Part shown: in pieces, positions 1-10,711 of the stretch
Layout of the letters: the number at the start of each line of letters is the position of its first letter
Position numbering within the stretch: the first letter of the stretch is position 1
NCBI GenBank assembly: GCA_963664225.1
Contig: OY760937.1
Span: 3,296,001-3,360,000 of the forward strand
From: Verrucomicrobiia bacterium
Lineage (GTDB): Bacteria > Verrucomicrobiota > Verrucomicrobiia > Limisphaerales > UBA1319
Length of the DNA: 64,000 bases
Reading direction: 5' to 3'
Translations under genes and position numbers: made by a program
The notes under the pieces: model-generated
Told to the model about the DNA's origin: nothing
What the model saw: only the letters and a program-made list of their open reading frames with translations
Databases searched by the model: none

Positions 1-86
1 AAAACAGTCACAATCCACCGGAGGCGATGGCGCAGAATGCACGCGGCACTAGAGATGGTGCCTGAACTCTTAAAAAAACTTGGACC

Positions 87-1682
87 ATGAAAACGAAATC
101 GATTCTCTTAACGGCCGCCTCCGTGCTGGCCTCCGCCTCGCTGGCCTGGGCGCAGGATAACACCCCCGCGCCTGAAGCCCCCGCCGCTCCGGCGGCAGTG
201 GCGCCCGCCTTACCACCTCCCTCCACTCCACCCGTTGCGCCTGTGCCAGCGGTTGCGCCGAATCCGCCCACACCCGCAGCCCCAGGCGCGGGCGTGCGCA
301 TGGGCGGCGGCGGTGGAATAAGCAGCGGCTCCTCTGCGGGCATCGCCGGTGGTGGTGGCGGCGGATTGACCATTCGCTCTTCCACAGGCGGCGGCGGTGG
401 AACCATAAAAGTAACTCGCGACGGAGTCATCCTCACTCGACCGACTAATGGACCCGATACCACCGTCGATGTGGTCACGTCCTCCACGCAGGATCTCGTT
501 GACGAAGCGTCGGAACCGTCGGAGGTCAACACGGGCATGATGGAGGAGGAAGGGCAGTTGAATCTGGACGCGGCCATCAAGCGCTATCAGCAAACCATCT
601 CAAAGTTTGACAGCCGCCGGTCCGCCACCGCCCAGGCCGTCTTCCGCCTCGGCGAATGCTACCGCAAGATGGGCCGCATGGAGGAGGCGAAAGTCCAATA
701 CGCCCGGATTCTGCGCGAGTTTCCGGATCAGGAGTCGCTAGTCAAATCCAGCCAGGCCTATCTCTTCGGCAATGCCAACCGCAATTTCAATACGCGGCTG
801 GAGAAGATCGTCAAACGTCGCGAACCAACGGTGACGAGAAAGGGATCCACCTTCACCACCACCGAGCGATCCGTCTCTTCCGCAGGAGTGTCCCCGGAGC
901 ATTACGGCGAAGCAGCCTCAGCGGACGCCCTGCAAAACAACTACGATCAGGAACTGGCGCTGATGCAAAAGCAGATCGCCGAGGCGCAACAGAAATTCAA
1001 ACAGGGAGCCGGCACACAAACAGAGGTGGACAATCTGCAGCGCGAACTGCTGAGACTCCAACGCGAGAAACTGGTGGCGGATGCGGGGCAGCGGAACTTA
1101 GTCACCATGGATCCCACCACGGACCTGCCGGTCGTCACCTCCGCAGCCGATGCAAAGGCGCAAAGCGACTTGGAATTGATTCGCCGGGAATTGGCCAAGG
1201 CGGAGCTGGAATCATTGCTCAAGGAACGTGAGGCTGATGAAGCCACTGCCAAAGTAGACGCCGTGAATCGCAAGCTGGACAAACCAGAACTGCTGGCTTC
1301 GGTGCTTGGCACAGATCCGCTTTACATGAAGCTTAAGGGCGAATACGAAACGGCGAGCCTTAATGCACTCGGTGGGAATGTGGTTGGCGACGAGTCAAAC
1401 CGGGTCGAACTGACAAGGAAACGCCTGGCCTACTACGTTTCTGATATTTGCCTGCCCCAACTGGTCGAAATGAAGGAATATGCCCGGCGCAAGGCGGTAT
1501 TCTCCAATGATATTGCCATTACAATGAAGAAGCACCTCAATGAAATGGAATCGGCTCAGGACCCCTTTAAACACGCGCCCAGCGCAATGCCGAAGGTGGA
1601 ACACGCGCCTGCGGTCGAGCACTCACCTGACGCCGCGCCCAAGTCACCCACACCGTCTCCCGCACCCGGCGAGACGCATTAA
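87..1682 (+). CDS. Secreted protein with Pro/Ala- and Gly-rich linkers, a TPR-like motif and coiled coils
   Basis: Signal peptide MKTKSILL...SLAWA-Q; TPR-like AVFRLGECYRKMGRMEEAKVQYARILREFP; heptad-rich C-terminal half. Confidence 0.75.
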   Translation: MKTKSILLTAASVLASASLAWAQDNTPAPEAPAAPAAVAPALPPPSTPPVAPVPAVAPNPPTPAAPGAGVRMGGGGGISSGSSAGIAGGGGGGLTIRSSTGGGGGTIKVTRDGVILTRPTNGPDTTVDVVTSSTQDLVDEASEPSEVNTGMMEEEGQLNLDAAIKRYQQTISKFDSRRSATAQAVFRLGECYRKMGRMEEAKVQYARILREFPDQESLVKSSQAYLFGNANRNFNTRLEKIVKRREPTVTRKGSTFTTTERSVSSAGVSPEHYGEAASADALQNNYDQELALMQKQIAEAQQKFKQGAGTQTEVDNLQRELLRLQREKLVADAGQRNLVTMDPTTDLPVVTSAADAKAQSDLELIRRELAKAELESLLKEREADEATAKVDAVNRKLDKPELLASVLGTDPLYMKLKGEYETASLNALGGNVVGDESNRVELTRKRLAYYVSDICLPQLVEMKEYARRKAVFSNDIAITMKKHLNEMESAQDPFKHAPSAMPKVEHAPAVEHSPDAAPKSPTPSPAPGETH

Positions 1683-1768
1683 TCCATCCCGCGCACGCGC
1701 CGCAAATCTGTAGCGGCGCTAATAATTAGCCGGGGGTTCGGACGTCCGCGACCGACACCCCCGGAAAC

Positions 1769-2492
1769 CTTTTCCCCATCCATGTAAAATCCTGCCCCCG
1801 GCCAACCCCGCGCGGCGGCACCTTCCCAACCACCCAATCGTTCCAGAACCACCCAACACTCCCTCTCCGTCGCCAGATGGAGGGCCGGGGTGAGGCTCTC
1901 CTTTTCCTTCACTGAACCGGGCGTTTGTTAGTTATGTTCGATCCCTCCGTTCGCCAACCCCGCGCGGCGGCACCTTCCCAACCACCCAATCGCTCCAGAA
2001 CCATCCAACACTCCTCCCTCTCCGTCGCCAGATGGAGGGACGGGGTGAGGCTCTCCTTTTCCTTCACTGAACCGAGCGTTTGTTAGTTATGTTCGATCCC
2101 TCCGTTCGCCAACCCCGCGCGGCGGCACCTTCCCAACCACCCAATTGTTCCAGAACCACTCAACACTCCTCCCTCTCCGTCGCCAGATGGAGAGGGTCGG
2201 GGTGAGGCTCTCCTTTTAAATATCGCATATTAGGTCCATAATTAATTGTCAATTGTCCATCGTCAATTATCCATTCTTCCCTTTTCCCCATCCATGTAAA
2301 ATCCTGCCCCCGGCCAACCCCGCGCGGCGGCAACTTCCCAACCACCCAATCATTCCAGAACCACCCAACACTCCCTCTCCGTCGCCAGATGGAGGGCCGG
2401 GGTGAGGCTCTCCTTTTACATATCGCATATTATGTAAATCATTAATTGTCAATTGTCCATCGTCAATTATCCATTCTTCCATTTTCCCCATC
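1769..2492 (+). repeat. Tandem array of four ~105-bp units with two alternating linker types
   Basis: Unit gccaaccccgcgcggcggca...ccctctccgtcgccagatggagg..ggggtgaggctctcctttt starts at 1801, 1953, 2108 and 2313; linker A follows units 1-2 and linker B follows units 3-4. Confidence 0.95.
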
Positions 2493-2683
2493 CTCCCCAT
2501 CCTGTGAATCCTGTCCCCCTTCCCGTCCCCGTCATTCCCCCCGTGCCTCAGTGGTCGTCTTCCAACCCCCATCCTCTTTATCCTGAGTATCCATGTTAAT
2601 ATTGCCCCCTTTTCCCGACGCGCTCCCTCAACTTGCTTGCTTTTGAAAACATCGCAACGCACTCTGGCAACCGAATAACTCCT

Positions 2684-5131
2684 ATGATCGCAGGCGCATT
2701 AATTAAACGAATCCGGCAAACGTATGCCAGGCAAGACTATGCCACGTCTCTTTTCCCAATCCATACTCACGGGTTGTCGCGGAGGATCGCATCGTTCCAG
2801 ATCTTATGGTGCCTAATGATGGCCGGGTTGCCGGGCGGATTCGCGGCCGATTTGCAGGGCACGATCACTAATGGCGGTTTTGAGCAGGGGCTTGACGGAT
2901 GGCGGGCTTTTTGGTCGCGCGCGAAAAATGCGGGCGGGGCCTACAGCGACACCACGATTTTCCATTCTGGCAAGGCGGCCGTGCGGATCGAGCACAATGG
3001 CGGCCAGGATTGGAGTTTCGAGCCCGTCGCGCGGTTCGACGTCCAGCCCGGCGACCTCTTCGAATTCGATGGCTGGTTTAAGCTCGCGGGGCAGGGGAGC
3101 GTCACCTTGGGCGTCTCGACCTGGGACAAGAACGGGCAGGTGATCGATTGGTCTTATGGCGGGAAAACGCTGCGCGAGGGCGCCGAGTGGCAGCACGGGC
3201 GCGCGCGATTCGTCATTCCGGCCGGGGTGGCGCAGATTCAGCCGCGCCTGATCGGTTACGGCCCGGGCACCAACTGGGTGGACGATCTTGCCCTGGTAAA
3301 AAAGGCCAATGTCATGGCGGCCCGGCGCACGGATTTGCCTCCCGCGCTTTCCCTGGAGAATTCAAAATTGTCCGTTCAGGTGGACACGCGGGAAGGCACG
3401 CTGGCGGTTTTGGACAAGCGCACGGGGCGCACATGGAAACAACAGGCGCTCTCGCCCGATATCCAGGTGCAGGATGCCAGGACCGAGGCGGGCTGCATCC
3501 GGCTCAACCTCCTGCACGTCCCCCTGGGAATCGATCTGGTGGCGCGCCTCCGGATCGATGCGGAACTGCCCGAGGTCACCTGCGAACACTCCGGCCAGGG
3601 CGAACTGCCGGAGGCGTTGAAGTATCCCCATCCTTTTGTGACGTTTCCCGGCGATGATTTGATCATCCCGATGAATGAAGGCATCTCCTACCCGGTCGAT
3701 GACAAAAGCATCGACCCCTTCCGCCTTGTGGCTTATGGCGGGCACGGGATCTGCATGGCTTTCTGGGGCGTGGTGAACGGGGCTGCGGGCCAGATGGCGA
3801 TCATTGAAAGTCCCGATGACGCGGCGATCAAGCTCAGCCGCATTGACGGCCGCCTCGTGGTCGCCCCCGAGTGGGATCCGCAAAAGCGGCAGATCGGGTC
3901 CGCGCGCCGCTTGCGCTACGTGTTTTGCGATCAGGGCGGTTATGTGGCCATGGCCAAACGCTATCGCGCCTATGCCCAGAAGACGGGCCTATTCAAAACC
4001 CTGGCCGAGAAACGTCAGGCAAACCCGAACATCGATTTGCTGGTGGGTGCGGTGAATGTTTGGTGCTGGGATGGAAACGCCGTGTCCCTGGTCAAAGAAC
4101 TTCAGGCCTCAGGCATCGCCCGTATTTTATGGAGCAATGCCCAATCGCCGGAAAATCTGCGCGCCTTGAATGACTTGGGCGTTTTGACCAGTCGTTATGA
4201 TATTTACCAGGATGTCATGGATCCCGCCAATTTCCCGCGCCTGCGCTTCTTGCATCCGGATTGGACCACCGCCGCCTGGCCCAAGGATATCATCACCGGT
4301 GAGGACGGTCACTGGATCAAGGGATGGGGCGTGGAAACCAAGGACGGAGGCATGGTCAGTTGCGGAGTCATTTGCGACCAGCGCGCCCCGGATTATGCCC
4401 GGGAACGGATTCCGGCGGAACTGGCCACGCATCCTTACCGCTGCCGGTTCATTGACACCACCACCGCCGCCCCCTGGAACGAATGCTATGATGCCCGCCA
4501 TCCCATGACACGCACCGACAGCAAGAAATACAAAATGGACCTCCTCAAATACGTGAGCCAGGACTGCCGACAGGTCACCGGGTGCGAGACCGGCCACGAT
4601 GCCGCCGTGCCGTTTGTCGATTATTTCGAAGGCATGATGAGCCTCGGGCCCTACCGCGTCCCCGATTCCGGGCGGCGCATGAGCCAGATATGGACCAATG
4701 TCCCGGAGTTGGTCGCGAAGTTTCAACTCGGTCACAGCTATCGCCTGCCGCTCTGGGAATTGGTTTACCATGACTGCGTCGTGGCCCAATGGTATTGGGG
4801 CGATTACAACAACAAGCTGCCCTCGCTTTGGGACAAACGGGACCTGTTCAACGTTCTTTATGGAGTGCCGCCCATGTTCATGTTCGACCGCAAACTGTGG
4901 GAGACGGAAAAAGCCCGCTTCATCCAGAGCTACACCAACACCTGTCCCCATGTGCGCCAGGTGGGATATCAGGAAATGACCAGCCATCGCTACCTGACGC
5001 CCGATCGTGCGGTGCAGCAAACCGTCTTTGCCAACGGCGTCACCGTCACCGTGAATTTTGGCGCCCAGCCCTTTTCATTGAACGATCGCGTTTCAATCCC
5101 CCCGCTCGGCTACAATGTGACGCAGCCCTGA
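2684..5131 (+). CDS. Putative glycoside hydrolase (GH129/GH101-like) with an N-terminal carbohydrate-binding-like domain; start uncertain
   Basis: CBM-like ITNGGFEQG...HSGKAAVRI...VDDLAL; GH-like IPMNEG, FIDTTTA, GCETGHD and PLWELVYHD motifs. Confidence 0.65.
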   Translation: MIAGALIKRIRQTYARQDYATSLFPIHTHGLSRRIASFQILWCLMMAGLPGGFAADLQGTITNGGFEQGLDGWRAFWSRAKNAGGAYSDTTIFHSGKAAVRIEHNGGQDWSFEPVARFDVQPGDLFEFDGWFKLAGQGSVTLGVSTWDKNGQVIDWSYGGKTLREGAEWQHGRARFVIPAGVAQIQPRLIGYGPGTNWVDDLALVKKANVMAARRTDLPPALSLENSKLSVQVDTREGTLAVLDKRTGRTWKQQALSPDIQVQDARTEAGCIRLNLLHVPLGIDLVARLRIDAELPEVTCEHSGQGELPEALKYPHPFVTFPGDDLIIPMNEGISYPVDDKSIDPFRLVAYGGHGICMAFWGVVNGAAGQMAIIESPDDAAIKLSRIDGRLVVAPEWDPQKRQIGSARRLRYVFCDQGGYVAMAKRYRAYAQKTGLFKTLAEKRQANPNIDLLVGAVNVWCWDGNAVSLVKELQASGIARILWSNAQSPENLRALNDLGVLTSRYDIYQDVMDPANFPRLRFLHPDWTTAAWPKDIITGEDGHWIKGWGVETKDGGMVSCGVICDQRAPDYARERIPAELATHPYRCRFIDTTTAAPWNECYDARHPMTRTDSKKYKMDLLKYVSQDCRQVTGCETGHDAAVPFVDYFEGMMSLGPYRVPDSGRRMSQIWTNVPELVAKFQLGHSYRLPLWELVYHDCVVAQWYWGDYNNKLPSLWDKRDLFNVLYGVPPMFMFDRKLWETEKARFIQSYTNTCPHVRQVGYQEMTSHRYLTPDRAVQQTVFANGVTVTVNFGAQPFSLNDRVSIPPLGYNVTQP

Positions 5132-5177
5132 CGCACCGCGCCCGGATCGAATTCCATTTGGAGATCCGGGCGCAGCC

Positions 5178-6010
5178 ATTCTTGGCGCATCCTGGTGGTA
5201 GGCGTGCAGTCCTCTGCGCGTCCATACCGCAACGCGTAGCGCAGACATCCTGTCTGCCGTATCGCAGATATCCAATCTGCAGGCGCTGGATTGCACGAGC
5301 GAAGGCCAATCTCCACAGAAATCGAACAACCCCAAGAATTAAGTTCCAGCCAGGTGACCGCGCCGCCTGTCAGTTTGCGATCGACGTGACGTTTGTGGTA
5401 GGGCGTGCAGTCCTCTGCGCGCCGCCCGTCCACCCCGTGCAGCCGCATGTGACGAATCGCCCAATCGTTCCTGCTCCCACGCGTCCATAATTAAAAAACG
5501 TCTAAACACGCCTATTGACCCTTTCGCCCCAATCAACCACTGGCACGAGCGGGGAGAGAACACAAGAGAGGGGCTTGTTTATTGGTCCCGCCCGGCGTTG
5601 CCCTTCCTTCCCTGACGTTATCAGCCATTCCCGGCCGTATCCTGGTGGTAGGGCGTGCAGTCCTCTGCGCGCCGCCCGTCCACCCCACGCGGCCGCATGT
5701 GACGAATCGCCCAATCGTTCCTGCGATCCACCCTGCTACTCCTTCTCCTGGGGCCGGGGTGAGGTGGCTTTTCGTATCCCGTCCACTCTGATTCCCCGTG
5801 CTCTCCGCGCTTGTTTCCATCCCTCCCAATGCTCCGTCCGATATACTCCCTGCTTCCATACGTCCATGATTAAAAAACGTCCGAAACATGCCAATTGACC
5901 CTCTCGCCCCAATCAACCTCTGGCACGAGCAAGAGAACACAAGAGAGCGGTATGCTTATTGTTCCAATCCCGTCCATCATTATTATCCATGTTAATATAT
6001 TCCTTTTTCT
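5178..6010 (+). repeat. Mosaic intergenic repeat region (GTAG-REP-like hairpins and CCTCTC...GAGAG modules)
   Basis: gtagggcgtgcagtcctctgcgcgcc at 5398 and 5648, with a variant at 5198; gtagcgcagacatcctgtctgc at 5236; cgcgtccataa...ggcacgagc...aacacaagagag module at ~5476 and ~5860. Confidence 0.9.
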
Positions 6011-6124
6011 CTTTCTTTGCGAGGCTGCCCCGTTCTGGTTGGCGGATAAACAGTGGAATCCAAACAAATAGTGTATGGTTAAGGGTCGCACCCTTTATAT
6101 GCGCAACCATTATGGAGGCACACC

Positions 6125-6742
6125 GTGAGGCTTAACTGGCTGGGTCGGGCAATGATGAACAATGCTCTCCGCTCTCTGGGCCAGCACTACGCCGCCTCCT
6201 GGCTCGAACAACTCGGCGGTCGGGTCGAGGGCGGGCGCGCGCTCGAAGTGGGATGTGGCCGCGGGGTCGGTGTGAGGATTATCCTTGATCGGTTCAACGC
6301 CGCGTCAGTCGCAGCGATCGATCTCGACCCGAGGATGATTGAGCATGCCCGGCGCCGTCTCGCGTCTTACGGGTTGGATCGCGTGCAACTGAGCGTGGGA
6401 GACGTTACTTCCATCAAGGCCGGTGATGCGACGTTCGATGCAGTGTTCGACTTTGGAGCGATACATCTGGAGCCGGATTGGCGCAAAGCCCTGTCAGAGG
6501 TCCGTCGGGTTCTCAATCCGGGCGGCAAGTTCTTTTTTGAGTGGGTCACAAGCAGCGCCCTCCGACTGCCGTATCCCCTCGTTACCGAAGCCTTCGGCCG
6601 GATGGAACCGCCCGATCCGCATCTCCTGATGCACGAGCTCGAACGGCAGGGAATCATGGTTGGACAGAGCTTTGTCCGCCCAAGACTGGCGGCTCTCACC
6701 GGCTTTGTAGGTGATCTGATTGGCGTGGGTATGGTGGCATAG
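6125..6742 (+). CDS. Class I SAM-dependent methyltransferase
   Basis: LEVGCGRG motif I, AIDLD, FDAVFDFG and RVLNPGG; GGAGG RBS before the GTG start. Confidence 0.85.
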   Translation: MRLNWLGRAMMNNALRSLGQHYAASWLEQLGGRVEGGRALEVGCGRGVGVRIILDRFNAASVAAIDLDPRMIEHARRRLASYGLDRVQLSVGDVTSIKAGDATFDAVFDFGAIHLEPDWRKALSEVRRVLNPGGKFFFEWVTSSALRLPYPLVTEAFGRMEPPDPHLLMHELERQGIMVGQSFVRPRLAALTGFVGDLIGVGMVA

Positions 6743-6789
6743 TCAACGAAAGGTTCACTATTCTGATCCAAATCGAATGAGCCACACGC

Positions 6790-7325
6790 TGAATAAACCG
6801 CCGGACCCAACCGCCGATGGCGCTGTCTTCCTTGCCTGGCGTATTCATCCATTCCCGGGCGCATCCTGGTGGTAGGGCGTGCAGTCCTCTGCGCGCCGCC
6901 TTCCTCCACACCCTTCTTTATCCCGAAGGGATTAAATCACTCAGCCCCGGGTTGTCCGCCGAGGACTACCCGGGGTCCTCGTCCCTCAGAGCCCCCAACG
7001 CTGTAGGCGTTGAATCAAATCCCACCCCCGACGCGCTTCAAATCAATCCTTTGGACCGTGAAATATCTGTTAGGTCACCACACTTCGTGCGCTCCACCCT
7101 CGACACTTCTTTTTCTCCACGCGTCCATAAACTAACAACTCGCGAAACACGCCTATTGACCCTCTCGCCCTGCGAGGCACGAGCGGGGAGAGAACACAAG
7201 AGAGGGGCTTGTTTATTGTTCCACATCCTGTTAATCCTGACCATCCATGTTAATTTATTCCCCCTTCCCGTCCCCGTCTTTTCATCCTTCTGTCAATTGT
7301 CCATTTTCCCGGTGCCTCCGTTGTG
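6790..7325 (+). repeat. Mosaic intergenic repeat region
   Basis: GTAG-REP-like copy at 6872-6897; atcccgaagggat...cagccccggg...caacgctgtaggcgttg module at ~6917-7017 (second copy at ~9411-9514); CCTCTC...GAGAG module at ~7117-7215. Confidence 0.9.
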
Positions 7326-7480
7326 AGCTTGTTCTGGTCGTTTTTTCATGTCCTTCATTCCCAGTAAATTCTGGACACAATTCGGCTAATGGCCCAATCT
7401 CCTGTCGATCAAACGAATTTACCAATCATGTGAAAAACTGTTTTGGAATGAATCCATAAATCTCAAACCCCTCATTTCCA

Positions 7481-8623
7481 ATGACCGACAAATCTAAAAT
7501 CTCGCGGCGTGATTTCATCCGGGACGGTTCCGTGGCTTCCCTGGGATTCTCCGCCGGCCTGGCCGCGCTGAATCCGTTGCGCGCGTTCGCCGGCGATCCC
7601 AATGCCGCTTTGTCCGAGGAGGACCGCGCGGCCATGCGCAAAACCCGCAGCTACAATCCCGGCATGGAGTATCGGCGGCTTGGAAAAACGGGTTTGTGGG
7701 TCTCAGCCGTCAGCATGGGCGGGCATTGGAAACGCATCGATAAAATGATCGGGGCGAAGGCCGACTTGAGTCCTTACGATGCCCCCACGGAGGCCACTGT
7801 CGTGCCCGCCTTCGAACAAAACCGCCGGGAAGTCTTAAACCACTGTTTTGAGGTTGGCATTAACTGGATCGATTTCGCCGGGGACAGCGAGCCGGAAGTC
7901 TATTCGAAAATCATACGCGAACAGCGGGAGAAGGTTTACATCGGCTACTCCCATCCCGCGAGCGAGCTGCGTGTTCCGGAAAATCGCACCGCGAAAAAAT
8001 TGCTCGAGCTCCTCGACGCCGGGCTCAAACGCTGCCGCCTGGAATACGTGGACCTGTGGCGGCTCATGGCGTTGGAACGGGGCGGTCGCCATACCCAGGG
8101 CGAAGTGGACGCGATGCTCGAGGCGCTGGTCACCGCGCGCAAACAGGGCAAATGCCGCTTCACCGGCATGTCCACCCACGACCGGGAATGGGCCAAGACC
8201 GTGATTGAAGCGCATCCCGATGTCATTCAAGTTCTCGTCTTCCCCTATACCGCGGACACCCGGGAACTGCCCGAGGACAGTCTGTTTGAAACCTTGAAGA
8301 AGCACCAGGTCGGCACCTTTGGCATCAAGCCGTTTGCCAGTAACGCCATTTTCAGGGGCGATGGTTCCCCCACGGGCCCATTCGTCGCCGAGGACGATCG
8401 CCGCGCCCGTCTGGTCATCCGCAACATTTTGTCGAATCCCGCCATCACCGCGCCGATCCCCGGCCTGATGAGCAAGCATCAAGTCGATAACATCGTTCTG
8501 GCCATCAAGGAACGGCACGACCTGGACTTCAGCGAACGGATGGATTTGAAGCAGATCAATCGCGAGATGTGGGCCAATCTCACCCCGGACTACCAGTGGC
8601 TCAAGGAGTGGAAGTATGTCTGA
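7481..8623 (+). CDS. Tat-exported aldo/keto reductase-fold protein
   Basis: SRRDFI twin-arginine signal; MEYRRLGKTGLWVSAVSMG, SELRV...LEYVDLW, QGKCRFTGMSTH and GIKPF. Confidence 0.8.
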   Translation: MTDKSKISRRDFIRDGSVASLGFSAGLAALNPLRAFAGDPNAALSEEDRAAMRKTRSYNPGMEYRRLGKTGLWVSAVSMGGHWKRIDKMIGAKADLSPYDAPTEATVVPAFEQNRREVLNHCFEVGINWIDFAGDSEPEVYSKIIREQREKVYIGYSHPASELRVPENRTAKKLLELLDAGLKRCRLEYVDLWRLMALERGGRHTQGEVDAMLEALVTARKQGKCRFTGMSTHDREWAKTVIEAHPDVIQVLVFPYTADTRELPEDSLFETLKKHQVGTFGIKPFASNAIFRGDGSPTGPFVAEDDRRARLVIRNILSNPAITAPIPGLMSKHQVDNIVLAIKERHDLDFSERMDLKQINREMWANLTPDYQWLKEWKYV

Positions 8624-9206
8624 AGTGCAACGCCGCTCCTCAATCCGCCACATAAGCCGACGTCTTTGGCCATTGCTCCCGCTGGACCTTTACGGACTTA
8701 TGGCGTGTGTCCTCGTCAGCATCGCGCAAGGTCCGTCGCTACTGGCCGATGACACCACGGACGTGAAGAAAACCGTCAAGCCAGCGGATAACTCCTATTG
8801 CCTGGTGTGCCATGCCAACCTGAAACGGGAGGAATTAAACAGCGTTCATCAGAAGGTCGGCGTGGGTTGCGCCAAGTGCCATGGCGAATCCGATAATCAC
8901 AGCGCGGACGAGGATGCCCTGACCGCGCCGGACATCCTGTATGCGCGCGACAAGATTGCGCCCGCCTGCCTGAAATGCCATATGCCCAAAACCATTGCCG
9001 ACGTCCCGGATCATGCCCCTTTTGTGGAGGAACCTTCCCCAAAAACCGAAAAGGGCCCCGCGAAAATCAAAACCTGCACGGACTGTCACGGCAAACACCG
9101 ACTGGAAGTCCGCACCCGCAAATGGGACAAAAACACCCGGAAACTGCTCGCCGACGATGGCGTGCGCATGATGCAGACCAATAGCCCGGCGCGAAGTGCC
9201 CGATGA
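8616..9206 (+). CDS. Tetraheme cytochrome c (c3-like)
   Basis: Four CxxCH motifs (CLVCH, CAKCH, CLKCH, CTDCH) after a hydrophobic signal; overlaps the upstream stop codon. Confidence 0.85.
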   Translation: MSEVQRRSSIRHISRRLWPLLPLDLYGLMACVLVSIAQGPSLLADDTTDVKKTVKPADNSYCLVCHANLKREELNSVHQKVGVGCAKCHGESDNHSADEDALTAPDILYARDKIAPACLKCHMPKTIADVPDHAPFVEEPSPKTEKGPAKIKTCTDCHGKHRLEVRTRKWDKNTRKLLADDGVRMMQTNSPARSAR

Positions 9207-9244
9207 AGTAAATAATAACGAAGTTAAAGAGTGTGTGTCCATCG

Positions 9245-9515
9245 GTGGTAGGGCGTGCAGTCCTCTGCGCGCCGCCCACCCATCCCACGCATCCAATAAT
9301 TCCAAGCGCGGTCAAATGTTTCCTTTCGCACTCCCCAACCTGGAACCCGTTGCATCACCCAACCCCAGGTTACGAGGAAACAAACTACCCCGGGTTTGCC
9401 TCGCACACCTCTTTATCCCGAAGGGATAAAATCATTCAGCCCCGGGTCGCGAGGCACGAGCTACCCGGGGTCCTCGTCCCTCAGAATGCCCCAACGCTGT
9501 AGGCGTTGAATCAAG
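9245..9515 (+). repeat. Mosaic intergenic repeat region
   Basis: GTAG-REP-like copy at 9248-9273; cccgaaggga...caacgctgtaggcgttg module at 9411-9514 and a degenerate copy at ~9335-9400. Confidence 0.9.
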
Positions 9516-9550
9516 TCCATCTCCCGCACCGCTGAAAATGGACTCAGGAA

Positions 9551-9643
9551 ACCAAACCCGGAACATGCGCTGGACAGCGGGCTAGTATGTTGGTTTCATG
9601 TCAGACGTCGATGGCCTTCCGCCAGTGATTTGGATCGCTCGAT
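9551..9643 (+). other. Degenerate attC-like site
   Basis: ACCAAAC (R''-like) ... gctgg/ccagt stem ... GCTCGAT (degenerate R'), 9 bp before the ATG at 9653. Confidence 0.4.
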
Positions 9644-9652
9644 GAAAACGCC

Positions 9653-10117
9653 ATGAAATGGTTTGGCTCACTTGGTCTATTCCTTCACGCGTATGAGGAT
9701 TCGCGACGCATTCCGAAGTATGAAATGCGAACGACGATCTGTCATGCCAGGTCCGTCAAGGCTGCAAAGGCCAAATTCCTCAAGGAGTTTGCAGATTACG
9801 CCCAGCATGGAATACGCTTTCTTAACAAATGGGAGGTTTTTGAGATCGATGGCATTCCAGGCCGGACTCCAATTGAGGCAGCACACCAGTTGATCACCAC
9901 TGATCTCACACCCAAGGAGTTCATTAAAGAGCACTGGCTCGGTGACAGGCCCAAATCCTGCAAAGACAAGGGATGGACGCACTCTTGGCACAACATCGAC
10001 AGATCACACAGTGGCTGTTACAACTGCCGCGCCATCAGAAAGGGACGGCTTTGGGAACTGGCAGCGAACAAAACGATCCAGACTATATCTAGCCGGCCAC
10101 GGGCCAGAAACCGCTAA
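9653..10117 (+). CDS. Hypothetical cassette-like protein, possible Zn-binding C-terminus
   Basis: Clean ORF that appears lower in GC than the flanks; C...H.WH...CYNC motif; reads into the attC site (AANKTIQT tail). Confidence 0.65.
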   Translation: MKWFGSLGLFLHAYEDSRRIPKYEMRTTICHARSVKAAKAKFLKEFADYAQHGIRFLNKWEVFEIDGIPGRTPIEAAHQLITTDLTPKEFIKEHWLGDRPKSCKDKGWTHSWHNIDRSHSGCYNCRAIRKGRLWELAANKTIQTISSRPRARNR

Positions 10118-10132
10118 TCTTACCCGTTAGGC
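10063..10132 (+). other. Integron attC-like recombination site (70 bp)
   Basis: R'' AGCGAAC, 5 bp, L'' GATCCAG ... L' CTAATC, 6 bp, R' GTTAGGC; next ATG 12 bp downstream. Confidence 0.7.
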
Positions 10133-10144
10133 TGCACCACTTTT

Positions 10145-10711
10145 ATGCGCTCATTTACCCACATTCTATTGGTCGTTCTCAGTTTTGTTGCGATTTCGGC
10201 AGCCGAATGCGCTGCAAAGACAGTCGTGGTCACTGCGAAGCCCAGATTTCAGCACCAAGGGCAATTCGTTGACCTCATCATCAGCGACAAGAATCATAGC
10301 TTTAATATTAGTTGGGGGATGTCGCCTTACCTTCAATTCATCCCGGTGTCCCTGGAGACGAATCGAGTTTATACCTTCACAGTGGCTCAGACTACATTGC
10401 GCAGCTTCAGTATCCCGGAGTTACGCAAAGTTAAGTTGGATGGCAGGACGATTTACGACATCGAAATATGCGAGGTGCACAAGACCAGGATGAAGCACAA
10501 AGTGGTTCGTGTTGCTTACGGACTGATCATTCCTGGACCCGACGAACCGTCAGGTGTTACTGAGCGACGGTTGTTTCCACATCGCCGTGAAATTTCCTTC
10601 GGTGGGTGTGTCAGCACACCAGACAGCCCGAAGACCGAGAGAGTTTATGTTTGCTCCGAGTGCAAGAAGGCATGCGACAAGTGGAGGTCAGAACACAAAA
10701 AGCCCCAATGA
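10145..10711 (+). CDS. Hypothetical secreted cassette-like protein
   Basis: Signal peptide; CEVH...GGC...VCSEC cysteine pattern; follows attC directly. Confidence 0.7.
   Translation: MRSFTHILLVVLSFVAISAAECAAKTVVVTAKPRFQHQGQFVDLIISDKNHSFNISWGMSPYLQFIPVSLETNRVYTFTVAQTTLRSFSIPELRKVKLDGRTIYDIEICEVHKTRMKHKVVRVAYGLIIPGPDEPSGVTERRLFPHRREISFGGCVSTPDSPKTERVYVCSECKKACDKWRSEHKKPQ

Noticed and set aside
1801..2420. CRISPR array
   Set aside because: Units are ~105 bp, the spacers are duplicated rather than unique, and no cas genes are present
1679..7460. Short ORFs within the repeat mosaics (e.g. 2267-2662, 5515-5898, 6817-7326)
   Set aside because: They are translations of repeat modules (recurring GRACSPLRA peptides), not credible genes
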